Shown: positions 29,840 to 39,464 of the stretch, piece after piece
Numbering within the stretch: the stretch's first letter is position 1
How the letters are laid out: each line of letters opens with the position of its first letter
DNA from: an uncultured Desulfobacter sp.
GTDB taxonomy: Bacteria > Desulfobacterota > Desulfobacteria > Desulfobacterales > Desulfobacteraceae
DNA length: 64,000 nt
Assembly: GCA_963665095.1 (NCBI GenBank)
Contig: OY762069.1
Location: 5,152,001 to 5,216,000 of the forward strand
Direction of reading: 5' to 3'
Program-made: the position numbers and the translations under genes
The notes under the pieces: model-generated
The model's database searches: none
Seen by the model: the letters and a program-made list of their open reading frames with translations, nothing else
What the model was told of the DNA's origin: nothing

Positions 29840-30409
29840 CTATTCGGGGATATAAATTACCGCATGGATTTCAGCTTTTTCTTCACCGGCACAGGAGACA
29901 TAATGAGGGACCACGGAGTTGTAATATATAGAGTCGCCGGCGTTAAGTTCATAAATTTTGTTGCCGTAAATCACTTCCACCTTGCCTGATACAACAATGA
30001 TGAACTCTTCGCCTTCATGGGAAGACAGGGTTTTGTCCCTGGCAGATTCCGGCATGATCTCAACGAAAAAGGGCTCCATGTGCCGGTCTGATTTGCCTTT
30101 GCCCAGGGCATAAAAATTTAAGGCCGGGGTTTTGTTTGTCCCGTCCAGTACTGAAAAACCGTCTGCCCGCTCCGCTTTGCGGACAATAAAGGGATCGCCG
30201 CTGTCCTGGTCATCCAGAAAAGTGCCCAGCCGTACGCCAAGAGCCCGTGCAATTTTCATTAAAGGTCCCAGAGGCGGATACACATCCTCGTCAAGCATGG
30301 TGGTGATAAATTTGGGATCAAGGCCTGCTGCCTCTGACAGGGCTGTGATGTCCATCTCCCTTTTTTCCATGTATGCTCTAATCCGCTGGTTTACTTTTCC
30401 TGTTTGCAT
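29840..30409 (-). CDS. XRE-family HTH regulator with a cupin domain
   Basis: HTH with PPLGPLMKIARALGV; cupin motifs HEGEEF and GDSIYYNSVVPH. Confidence 0.9.
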   Translation of the reverse strand: MQTGKVNQRIRAYMEKREMDITALSEAAGLDPKFITTMLDEDVYPPLGPLMKIARALGVRLGTFLDDQDSGDPFIVRKAERADGFSVLDGTNKTPALNFYALGKGKSDRHMEPFFVEIMPESARDKTLSSHEGEEFIIVVSGKVEVIYGNKIYELNAGDSIYYNSVVPHYVSCAGEEKAEIHAVIYIPE

Positions 30410-30525
30410 TTATCCTCCCTGTTTTTATAAAAGGTACCGGGGATTCCCACTTTTCATGTCCGCCCCATGCCCGGAACCAGGCCGTGATTCGCACCGGCTC
30501 CTATCCTCATTTTAGAAGAGATAAT

Positions 30526-30554
30526 GCTATAATATATCATGACATTTTTGTCAA
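30526..30554 (-). promoter_or_regulatory. Sigma70 promoter of the XRE operon with an overlapping palindromic operator
   Basis: TTGACA-17nt-TATAGC on the minus strand; TGACA-TTTT-TGTCA palindrome at 30540-30553. Confidence 0.55.
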
Positions 30555-30734
30555 AAAATTCATAAAAATATGATCGCTGTTAACATCGCACGGGCGTAAC
30601 CGTTCGATTTGCCGGGTCCGGGAGTGAAAGCATGGCTGCTGGAAGTTGCTCAAAGGAGGAACGGCACCGGGCTGTTCATACCTCATGCCCCGGCACCCGG
30701 TGCTTCAGGGGTGAAGCACCGCCGAAAAGAATCC

Positions 30735-30859
30735 GTGTTTGAGCGAAAAGTCACATATATGCAAGGCGTAGAAAAAGTTGAGACCGGAGCAACATTTTCG
30801 GTAGTGAGGATTTTAAATTTTCTGTAACACAGCAGGTGGGTGGCTTTTCGCTCAAACAC
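30735..30859. repeat. MITE/REP-like element of 125 bp with 20-bp terminal inverted repeats
   Basis: GTGTTTGAGCGAAAAGTCAC (30735-30754) versus GTGGCTTTTCGCTCAAACAC (30840-30859), one mismatch. Confidence 0.75.
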
Positions 30860-30873
30860 TAAGAACGTAAGTC

Positions 30874-31080
30874 TCAGGCATCTATCATGACACTGGTTGC
30901 TTTGATAACGACGGTAACCTCTTTGCCTGCCGCAAGGCCAAGCTTTTCTGCTGAACTGGTTGTGATGGTGGACACGACATCAACGCCCGGTGCTACCTCT
31001 ACAACGATTTCAGCCATAACCATGCCTTTTTTGACATCTTTAACCTTTCCTTTAATAAGGTTTCTTGCGCTTAACGACAT
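30874..31080 (-). CDS. mop: Molybdate-binding Mop/TOBE (molbindin) protein
   Basis: SARNLIKG, STIT and IKATSVMI in a 68-aa protein. Confidence 0.92.
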   Translation of the reverse strand: MSLSARNLIKGKVKDVKKGMVMAEIVVEVAPGVDVVSTITTSSAEKLGLAAGKEVTVVIKATSVMIDA

Positions 31081-31410
31081 AATAATTTTCTTCTTTTTTT
31101 TGATTGAAATAATGTTTTTTTGACAGGAATGCGTCAGGAAGACGACGGATGAAAATATGGTATGCTTATATCAGCACCTTGTCAAACGGTTCCGCAAAAA
31201 AAATGCATGGTACAAATTTTTTTGCTGAAGCATATAAATTTGTTTTAATAACAGGATGTTAACGATGTATTCGCCGGGTGTGGAATTTTTACTTGTTTCT
31301 TTGGCCGATTTAATAGTATCAAGACCCCGAAAAGACTGAGTGATTAGTGAAAAAAGGGGCTACCCCGTTTCGATCAAACGGCGAAAAGAAAAAGATAAAA
31401 GGAGTCTGCA

Positions 31411-32244
31411 ATGTCCGATACAGTTTCTTTCTCTATATGGCAGGGAATCCATCACCGGATACTTGAATCATTTCAGGGAAAAAATATAGTGGTGTCATAT
31501 TCAGGTGGAAAGGACTCATCCCTGCTCTTAAATTTCCTTCAACAGGCCGTACCGGTTTACGGATTTCATCTCCATGTGCATGGTGTGGCATATCCCTGCC
31601 ATGTATTTCCCAAAGACGAGCAGGCCCGGTTGTCAAAATACTGGCAGGACCATGGCCTTGACATTATCTGGCACACCGGTCAGGACTCGGATGCCCCTTT
31701 GGATAAGGTGTTTAAAAACAAGAAAAGCCCCTGTGTGGCCTGCAGTAAAGAAAAAAAACAGGCCCTTTATTCTTATTTTGATTCCCGGAATACAGACTGG
31801 AAAAATATGGTAATCGTTATTGGATATACCCTGTGGGATCTTGCCAGTGCCGTGGTGGAGCACACCCTGCGGGAAAGCTTTGGCGGGGGAGATCAGGGAG
31901 ATTTTCAGGGGCGGCCGGCCAAAGACCGTTTTCTTGAGATTGCCCAGCGCTTTTATCCGGTGCTTGACATGGGAAACGGGCTTAAGGTTTTCAAACCGCT
32001 GATCCGCTACAATGACACGGATATTGCCCGGGCGGTTTCCGCCCTTGATATCCCGCTGACCCGTGAGGAGTGCCAGTTCAAAATGTACCGGCCCAAACGG
32101 CTGTTAGCGGAATATTATACCCTGTTCGGCCTGAATTTTTCCTATGAGGATGTATTTTCTTTTGCCAAAAAGGCCTTTGAGTTCCCTGACCAGGATTTTT
32201 TTCAGGCCCGGGAAATGGTCTCTTATGTGTCCGACATGATCTAA
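31411..32244 (+). CDS. Divergent TtcA-like PP-loop ATP pyrophosphatase
   Basis: SYSGGKDS PP-loop, SPCVAC and FKPL; the canonical GHHxDD is replaced by GYTLWD. Confidence 0.75.
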   Translation: MSDTVSFSIWQGIHHRILESFQGKNIVVSYSGGKDSSLLLNFLQQAVPVYGFHLHVHGVAYPCHVFPKDEQARLSKYWQDHGLDIIWHTGQDSDAPLDKVFKNKKSPCVACSKEKKQALYSYFDSRNTDWKNMVIVIGYTLWDLASAVVEHTLRESFGGGDQGDFQGRPAKDRFLEIAQRFYPVLDMGNGLKVFKPLIRYNDTDIARAVSALDIPLTREECQFKMYRPKRLLAEYYTLFGLNFSYEDVFSFAKKAFEFPDQDFFQAREMVSYVSDMI

Positions 32245-32510
32245 ATATAATCTGGCGGCATCAATGCTGCATATCCTTCCTATCGTTTAACAATTTTTTT
32301 CAAAACAACGATCCCGTTGATTGATTGTTGAACTGCCCTTCTGCCGGCAGCGGTTCAGAGCTTTTTTTCTGAAGCTGTCCGGCATGTCCGGTGTTTTTGC
32401 AATAAAACAAGGTTGTTTCTGAATTTGATTTTCAGGAATTGCTATGAGTAAATTGCATAACATATCAATATGTTATCTTTTTTTTAGCGGTAAAAAAGGA
32501 GAAGCAGTGG

Positions 32511-33317
32511 ATGCAAAATGACAATTACATTATGGACAGTGAGGACGAGATCCAGCGTCTGGACATGAAAACGGATCTGGATATTCTTGAAAAACAGGTG
32601 ACCTGGGCCGGGCTTCTCCCCGGTATGAGCGTGGGAGATATGGGATGCGGTCCGGGAAAAACCACCATGCACCTTGCCCGCCTGACAGGTCCAAACGGTA
32701 AGGTCACCGGGGTGGACATGGCCCCGGACAGGCTTGCCTATGCCGAACGGCACTATTCAGGCCCTGGCATATCCTATGTCCGGGCCGACGTAAGACAGCC
32801 CCCTGAGGATCTTGGTCCGTTTGATTTTATTTTTCTGCGCTTTGTTCTGGAGTTTTACAAAAATGAAGCGGCTGACATGGTTAAGGCGCTTTCTTCCCTG
32901 CTTCGCCCGGGGGGAATTTTTTTCCTATCAGATTTGGACCACAATTGCCTGAATCACTACGGTATCCCGGAAAAATTGGATGTCGCCATTCACGGTGTAA
33001 TGGAGAGTCTTGGTCGAAAAACCGGATTTGATCCATGGGCAGGCCGGAAGCTCTATGCTCACCTATTTGACTTAGGCTTTCAGGATATTTGTGTGGAGGT
33101 GTCAGGCCACCACATGATTTACGGCGATATCTCCGATAGCGAAGCATTTAACTGGACCAAAAAAATTGAAGCGGCGGCAAAACATTCCGGATATGCGTTT
33201 GAAGAGTTCGAGGATGGCTTTGCCGGCTTTAAAAAAGCAAGCCTTTCGTTTTTCACCAATCCACGGCGTTTCACCTACACCCCAATCATCTGCTGCAAAG
33301 GGAGGAAACCTGCATGA
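32511..33317 (+). CDS. Class I SAM-dependent methyltransferase
   Basis: DMGCGPG motif I, GVD, FDFIF and LRPGG. Confidence 0.9.
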   Translation: MQNDNYIMDSEDEIQRLDMKTDLDILEKQVTWAGLLPGMSVGDMGCGPGKTTMHLARLTGPNGKVTGVDMAPDRLAYAERHYSGPGISYVRADVRQPPEDLGPFDFIFLRFVLEFYKNEAADMVKALSSLLRPGGIFFLSDLDHNCLNHYGIPEKLDVAIHGVMESLGRKTGFDPWAGRKLYAHLFDLGFQDICVEVSGHHMIYGDISDSEAFNWTKKIEAAAKHSGYAFEEFEDGFAGFKKASLSFFTNPRRFTYTPIICCKGRKPA

Positions 33318-34441
33318 TCGTTATGCCCAGTCCCGAGCTCTTTTTTGATACACGGTACGTCACCCCTCACCTGAAACTGCTGCCAGCCAACAGCCTTTCT
33401 TTTGATCAACTTTATACCCACTACCTTGAAGCCGGCTTCATCTACCCGGCCAAACTGGAAAAACTGCTGCCCCATTTTGACCTGATCCGGGAAAACTGGA
33501 CCCGGGCATACGCAGCCGGCAGAGGCCTTCTATGGACCATTGCATATGAAGATGAGCGGTACAATAAAATGGGAACCGTCACAGCATGGCGGGCAACCAT
33601 CAACGGCTGGCAGTCCCAGCACCTCACATCCCGGAACCATGCCGCCGGCCTGCTATATCTGCTGCTTGCAGCCCAGGATGAAGGCATCTTAACCGGTTGC
33701 GCGTCCGGCCAGAACTGGTACTCCCCCACCAATGCCTTTGCCATGAAAATCTATGGGCGTATGACCCGGGTTCTGGGAGAAGATTGTGCGGATGCACAGC
33801 TGCTTAATTATTTTCTGGTTGACCCGTCCGGACTTCGGTCAGAATCCCGGGAATTCAAAGTGGTAAGGTGCCGGCAGGAGGATCAGGATATGGTCCGGCA
33901 GACATGTGAACGGTTAAGGGGCCGGGTCTATTGCGAGGCTGAGGAAATTGATGGAAGTGATATTGAACTGGATGCCCTGGACAGGGCGTTCAGGCGTTAT
34001 GGTCTGCGGCGGCGACGGTTTATCTGGATGGCTCTGGATAAGGGATCGGACCTGCCTGTCGGGATGGTTATGGCCTACAGGGGGCCGTTTGGCTTAAATT
34101 TCAGTTTTCTGGAAAACAGGTGTGATCTGATGGTGGTGCCGGATCTTGATCCCGGCCGCAACGAAGCCGTGTGCCGGATTCTGATGGCAAAGGCGGCCCA
34201 GGCCTATTTTGATTCAAGTTCTCTGCCTGAATATCCTCTGTCCAAACTGGTGGTGATGGCGCCTGAAAATTGTGAGCAGGCCGTGGCAGATCTGGGCGGT
34301 ATTAAAGCCCGTCAGTACAACCAGGGCATCTGGCTCAACAGGGGTTTTGAGAAATGGAAAAAATATATGATGCGCGTCTTCTCTCCGGTGATTCAAAGGT
34401 TTGAAAAGCAGAATCGAATGAGTGAAACAACCCATGCCTGA
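33314..34441 (+). CDS. Hypothetical protein, possibly a tandem GNAT-like fold
   Basis: 375-aa ORF overlapping the methyltransferase stop (ATGA); contains EAGFIYPAK and GLNFSFLEN. Confidence 0.7.
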   Translation: MIVMPSPELFFDTRYVTPHLKLLPANSLSFDQLYTHYLEAGFIYPAKLEKLLPHFDLIRENWTRAYAAGRGLLWTIAYEDERYNKMGTVTAWRATINGWQSQHLTSRNHAAGLLYLLLAAQDEGILTGCASGQNWYSPTNAFAMKIYGRMTRVLGEDCADAQLLNYFLVDPSGLRSESREFKVVRCRQEDQDMVRQTCERLRGRVYCEAEEIDGSDIELDALDRAFRRYGLRRRRFIWMALDKGSDLPVGMVMAYRGPFGLNFSFLENRCDLMVVPDLDPGRNEAVCRILMAKAAQAYFDSSSLPEYPLSKLVVMAPENCEQAVADLGGIKARQYNQGIWLNRGFEKWKKYMMRVFSPVIQRFEKQNRMSETTHA

Positions 34442-34632
34442 ATTCAGGTAAAGACTTTCGATTTTTACTGTTTCAGAATGAAATATCCAGGCGGATGGTT
34501 TTTTTAGAAGACAAATATTGTTTTCGGTTATAAAACGTGGTCTATTCAGCTAATGATTTGTCAACAGGCCTGACAATCATTTTCAGCCGATGCCGGTGGG
34601 CTGTGATTTTTCGGCCATGAAAGAAAAAGATA

Positions 34633-37158
34633 ATGGATACCGACCTCAATAGCGCCGACCCCAAAAAGTTCGACCCGGACAAAGAGCTGTATAACAGTCT
34701 GGTGCTGGATACCTACATCACCCTGATAAAAGACAGGTACCCCAACATAGAGATTGAAGACCTCATGGCCTATGCCGGGATTGAGAATTATGAGCTCGGG
34801 GATTATTCCGTTTGGTTTACCCAGAGGCAGGTCAACCGGTTTCATGAACGGTTAAGCATGCTCACCGATAACATGAGGATTGCCTGGGAGGCCGGGCGGT
34901 ATGCAGCCACCCCCAAATGTTTCGGGGAGGTGCGCGGACTTGTGCTCTCATTGGGCGGTATCAGACGGGCCTATGAACTGATTGGAAAATATGCCAGACG
35001 CCTGAACCGTTCCTCCCACTATACCACCCAGACCCTTGGGAAAAATAAAATTGAAATTGTGGTCTCCCCCAATGAGGGGGTAAAGGAAGAGCCTTTTCAA
35101 TGCGAAAACCGGCTGGGTAATCTGCGGGGCATTGCAGATATGTTTTCCCATAAGGATGTGACCATTACCCACCCGGAATGCATGTTCAAAAACGGGGAAG
35201 TATGCCGGTATGAGGTGGCCTGGCGGGATACTGCGTCATCGGTCCTTGCGCCCCTGGCCGGGTTTTCCATGTTTGTTACCCTGCTGATGTTTATTGCACC
35301 GTGGACGTCGGCAGGCGCAGCTGTTCCCCACGGCGCCTGGTTGATCTCCCTGGTGGTCTCCCTGGGGATGGGGTGGGCCGATCAAAAGGCAAAAACCAAT
35401 GCACTGGGGCGGTCTTTAAATGGCATTTACACCACCAAAGAGGAACTGCTCTCTCAGATTGAAATCAATGCGGAAAATTTCAGGGTCATCATTGATATCG
35501 GTCAGGCTTTGGGTCTTGAAGATTCTGAAGGACATATATTTGAGCGGGCCGCCAGAATTGCCGGACGTCAAATGAAATACGACCGGACCATGATCATGAT
35601 TGCCAACGACGAAAAAACCGTCCTTTCCTATTGCGGGGGGTATGGATTTACGGATCTGGAAAAAAAGTATGTGTCAAAATACAGTATCTCCCTGGATGAC
35701 CCTTCCGAAGGGGTGTTTTACGAAGCTTTCAGGAATGATACGCCCATACTGGTGAACGATATGGAGATGCTGAAAAACAGGTCTTCATCAAGAAGTTTCA
35801 AGCTGGCAGAGCAGATGAGACCCTTTTCCTTTATCGTCAGTCCCATTGATGTGGATGGCGTCCCCATTGGGATTTTTATTGCAGGTAATAACAGGACACC
35901 AAGGCTTCTCGACCGTAATGACAAGCATCTGGTCATGGGGGTTGCCCAGCAGATTGGCACTGTCTACAGGCGCCAGAAATATGAAGAGCAGCAGGCGGAA
36001 TTCAACCGGCAGATCGTGCAACTCCAGAAGATGGAGGCGCTTGGTGTGCTGGCCGGGGGCATTGCCCATGATTTCAATAATATTTTATCGCCCATCCTCG
36101 GTTATACAGATCTGTGTCTGTCCGTATGCCCGGAAGATGAACAGATCCAGGAATATCTGAACCGGGTGAAAAAAGCTGGGGTCCGGGCACAGGAACTGGT
36201 GGGACAGATTCTGGCCTTCAGCCGCCAGGGGGAAAAGGAGCATATCCGCTGTCATCCCGGCCCTATTGTCAAGGAGACCTTGAAACTATTGAGGGCCTCT
36301 GTTCCCCGGGCCATCAAGATAGAGACCCTGGTCCGCCAGGATCTTAAGCCCATCATGGCAGACCCTACACAGATTCACCAGCTTGTCATGAATCTTTGCA
36401 CCAATGCCTACCATGCCATGGCGGAAAGCGGCGGCGTGCTTAAAGTCAGCCTGGAGGAGATTCAGGTCAGGGAACGGCCCCTTGAAGATGCCCGACGTAT
36501 GCTGCCCGGTAACTATATTCACATGCAGGTGGCAGATACCGGCCACGGCATGAGTAAACAGGTGATGGCAAATATTTTTGAGCCCTACTTTACTACCAAG
36601 CAAAAGGGTAAGGGTACAGGGCTCGGGCTTTCCATTGTCCAGAATATTGTGGCCCGTCTTAAAGGGTATGCTTTTGTGGACAGCATGGAAGGACAGGGAA
36701 GCTGTTTTGATATTTATCTGCCCCAGGCAGGTGAAAAATCGTCGAAAAAACAGGAAAATTTTGAACCTGCAGCACCCAGAGGAAAAGAATCCATCCTTCT
36801 GGTGGATGATGAGTCCCAGATTCTGCTTCTGCATAAGGAGATGCTGGAAGGGTTTGGCTACAAGGTGTCAGCCTGTGCTGACAGCCAGGTGGCCTTGGAT
36901 ATTTTCAGCCGGCATGCCAGCCAGTGGGATCTGGTGGTAACGGACCAGGTTATGCCGGGCCTGACAGGCATGGAACTGGCAGAACAGATTTTCAAAATTT
37001 CCACTGATACACCGGTTATTTTGTGTACCGGATATTCTGATGCCGTAACCGAAGATCAGGTAAAGGAAAAAGGAATTTCCGCCTTTGTCATGAAACCTGT
37101 GGTGAGTGCCCAACTGGCCCGGTGTATCCGCACGGCACTGGGGGCCACTGATACGTAA
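34633..37158 (+). CDS. Hybrid sensor histidine kinase (V4R-like N-terminal domain, 2 TM, GAF, HisKA, HATPase, REC)
   Basis: LAGGIAHDFNN, NLCTNA, DTGHG, FEPYFTTK, GTGLGL and a C-terminal REC; the N-terminal domain has CENRLG and HPECMFKNGEVCRY. Confidence 0.9.
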   Translation: MDTDLNSADPKKFDPDKELYNSLVLDTYITLIKDRYPNIEIEDLMAYAGIENYELGDYSVWFTQRQVNRFHERLSMLTDNMRIAWEAGRYAATPKCFGEVRGLVLSLGGIRRAYELIGKYARRLNRSSHYTTQTLGKNKIEIVVSPNEGVKEEPFQCENRLGNLRGIADMFSHKDVTITHPECMFKNGEVCRYEVAWRDTASSVLAPLAGFSMFVTLLMFIAPWTSAGAAVPHGAWLISLVVSLGMGWADQKAKTNALGRSLNGIYTTKEELLSQIEINAENFRVIIDIGQALGLEDSEGHIFERAARIAGRQMKYDRTMIMIANDEKTVLSYCGGYGFTDLEKKYVSKYSISLDDPSEGVFYEAFRNDTPILVNDMEMLKNRSSSRSFKLAEQMRPFSFIVSPIDVDGVPIGIFIAGNNRTPRLLDRNDKHLVMGVAQQIGTVYRRQKYEEQQAEFNRQIVQLQKMEALGVLAGGIAHDFNNILSPILGYTDLCLSVCPEDEQIQEYLNRVKKAGVRAQELVGQILAFSRQGEKEHIRCHPGPIVKETLKLLRASVPRAIKIETLVRQDLKPIMADPTQIHQLVMNLCTNAYHAMAESGGVLKVSLEEIQVRERPLEDARRMLPGNYIHMQVADTGHGMSKQVMANIFEPYFTTKQKGKGTGLGLSIVQNIVARLKGYAFVDSMEGQGSCFDIYLPQAGEKSSKKQENFEPAAPRGKESILLVDDESQILLLHKEMLEGFGYKVSACADSQVALDIFSRHASQWDLVVTDQVMPGLTGMELAEQIFKISTDTPVILCTGYSDAVTEDQVKEKGISAFVMKPVVSAQLARCIRTALGATDT

Positions 37159-37168
37159 CCCCCCCCTG

Positions 37169-38047
37169 TCATCTGTTCTCTTCAATTTTTCCCATGGATA
37201 TTTTACCAAGAATTGCCGCAGCAATGATCACGGCCATACCGGCCAGCACCTGGGCTGTGACCTGTTCTTTGTGGATCATGGCCACCAGGAGAACGGCCAA
37301 GGGCGGTGTCAGATAGCTTAAGTATCCGATAATGGTGATATTGCCTGAGGTTAATGCCTTGCCCCAGAAAAAGAAGGAAAGACCTAAAGGTACACATCCG
37401 AGATATACTGCGGAAAGGAATGCCCGCATTCCGGGAAAAGCAAAACCGCCGGAAGCAAGACACAGTACAACGGAAATTGCAGCTGCATACATGGAAAAGG
37501 CAGTCATAGGGTCTTTTTTAAGCTTCAGTATTGGCAGGCCGACACTGAAACTGCTCCAGATAAGTCCACAGGTCAGGGCTATGCCGTATCCGTGGAGATG
37601 ATCGGTTGAAAAGGAGATCGTGTGGCCGGCAGATATCACCAGGCCTGCCCCGAAAAGTCCTGCCAGTGCCGTCAGGCATATGGGTATGGAAACCCTGCCC
37701 AGGGCGACAATGGACGACATGACTACGATCCAGAAGGACCATGTGGTGGCCAGAATGGTGCCTTCGGCCATGGGGGCAAGTGCCATGGCTTTGTAGTAAA
37801 GAAAATGGTAGAGAAAAATACCCCAGATGCCTAGTAGACTGGCTTTAGTTCCCGGAAAATAAATATCAAAGGAGCGGGTGGCGATCACATCCCGGGCATA
37901 GAGAAACAGGGCGGCACAGGTAAAGCTTATGGCCATGAGCTGGGCAACCGTTAACCCCTCAAGGCCCGAGCCAATGGCTGCGGGAAGACTGGCCCAGCAC
38001 AGTACCGCTCCCATGGCGTATATGTACGGTATGGTTTTCATAGCCAC
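37169..38047 (-). CDS. DMT/EamA family transporter
   Basis: About 10 TM helices in two repeats; GYLSYLTP. Confidence 0.85.
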   Translation of the reverse strand: MAMKTIPYIYAMGAVLCWASLPAAIGSGLEGLTVAQLMAISFTCAALFLYARDVIATRSFDIYFPGTKASLLGIWGIFLYHFLYYKAMALAPMAEGTILATTWSFWIVVMSSIVALGRVSIPICLTALAGLFGAGLVISAGHTISFSTDHLHGYGIALTCGLIWSSFSVGLPILKLKKDPMTAFSMYAAAISVVLCLASGGFAFPGMRAFLSAVYLGCVPLGLSFFFWGKALTSGNITIIGYLSYLTPPLAVLLVAMIHKEQVTAQVLAGMAVIIAAAILGKISMGKIEENR

Positions 38048-38294
38048 CCTGAATAAAGCCGATACAAAAAAAATGCAACAGGTCTTTTACAGGCAAGGGG
38101 ATTTATTAAGTTTGTTAAACTCAAGGATTTCCTGGGAAAAGGGGTTTAAAATCCAGGCCCGATGGTATATTAACTAAAATTGAAAATTAGGTTTTTTAAG
38201 TAAGAAAGGGATATTAGCCATTGGAAAGTAAGTAAAGTTCGAAGCGTTCGGCTTTGCTTGTCAGAATAAATTCGCCAATCATGTGAGAAAATAG

Positions 38295-39464
38295 ATGAAA
38301 TTAAGATTTAGCGTCGCGTTGCTGGGGCTTATTTCGTTGTTATTGTGCCCGGCCTGTAAGGAGGCGGAACAACAGACCGCCAAAGCCATTCCTCCGGTGG
38401 AGGTTGCCGTTTTCAAAACCCAGGCCCAGGATGTGCCCATTTACCAGGAGTTTGTGGGCCAGATTTACGGTGCCAAGGACATTGCCATCCGGGCCCGGGT
38501 GGAAGGGTTTCTGAAAGGGATTCATTTCAAAGAGGGATCCGCAGTTAAATCCGGGGATCTGTTGTACACCATTGAAAGCCAGCCCTTTGAGTCTGAGGTG
38601 GCTTCCAGGAAAGGTCTTCTGGCCGAAGCCGAAACCAAAATGGTCAAGGCCAAACGGGACCTGGACCGGTATAAACCCCTGGCTGCCATGAATGCGGTGT
38701 CCCAGAGTGATTTAGACGGCGCCCAGGCCGCCTATGATGCGGCAAAGGCAGGGGTGGATGCGGCAACGGCCAATGTCAGATCCGCCCAGATCCAGATGGG
38801 GTACACCAAAATTTACTCCCCCATTGACGGCATCATCGGCAAAACAAAGGCCAAGGTCGGAGATTTTGTGGGCCGGGATCCCAATCCGGTGATCCTGAAC
38901 GAGGTCTCCAATACCAGCTCCGTACTGGTGGAGTTTTTTCTTACGGAGAATCAGTACCTGGACCTTTACCGCCACGTGATTGCCGCCGATGAGAGCCAGG
39001 TCGCCCAAAAGAAAAAAGAGGGCGCGGACATCCAGCTGATTCTGGCCGACGGCTCCCTGTATCCCCACAAGGGGACGCCCAATTTCCTGGACCGGCAGAT
39101 TGACCCCACCACGGGGGCCATCCTTGTTCAGGTCTCTTTCCCCAACCCGGACAATCTTCTTCGGTCCGGCCAGTTTGCAAAGATCAAGGCCATGGTGAAC
39201 AAGATAAAAGAGGGCATTCTCGTTCCCCAGCGCTGTGTCACCGATCTGCAGGGCCGCAAAAAGCTCTTTGTGGTGGTTGACGACGGCAAGGTGGAGGAGC
39301 GGGATGTCACCCTGGGCCCGGATGTGGATAACTTTGTGCTGATCAAAAAAGGAATTACCGCCGGGGAATCGGTGGTGTATGAAGGATTGCAGAAAGTGGC
39401 GGACGGCACCACGGTCAAGACAAAAGAAGCCAGGGTGGAACGTATAACACAGGAACAGGAATAA
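38295..39464 (+). CDS. RND efflux periplasmic adaptor (MFP)
   Basis: IRARVEGFL, KIYSPIDG, IDPTTG and LVPQ. Confidence 0.92.
   Translation: MKLRFSVALLGLISLLLCPACKEAEQQTAKAIPPVEVAVFKTQAQDVPIYQEFVGQIYGAKDIAIRARVEGFLKGIHFKEGSAVKSGDLLYTIESQPFESEVASRKGLLAEAETKMVKAKRDLDRYKPLAAMNAVSQSDLDGAQAAYDAAKAGVDAATANVRSAQIQMGYTKIYSPIDGIIGKTKAKVGDFVGRDPNPVILNEVSNTSSVLVEFFLTENQYLDLYRHVIAADESQVAQKKKEGADIQLILADGSLYPHKGTPNFLDRQIDPTTGAILVQVSFPNPDNLLRSGQFAKIKAMVNKIKEGILVPQRCVTDLQGRKKLFVVVDDGKVEERDVTLGPDVDNFVLIKKGITAGESVVYEGLQKVADGTTVKTKEARVERITQEQE

Noticed and set aside
30591..30730. Moco, cobalamin or glycine riboswitch near mop
   Set aside because: It lies downstream of mop and lacks the conserved cores; retained only as an sRNA candidate.
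32378..32460. Sigma54 promoter for the methyltransferase
   Set aside because: The GG to GC spacing does not fit -24/-12.
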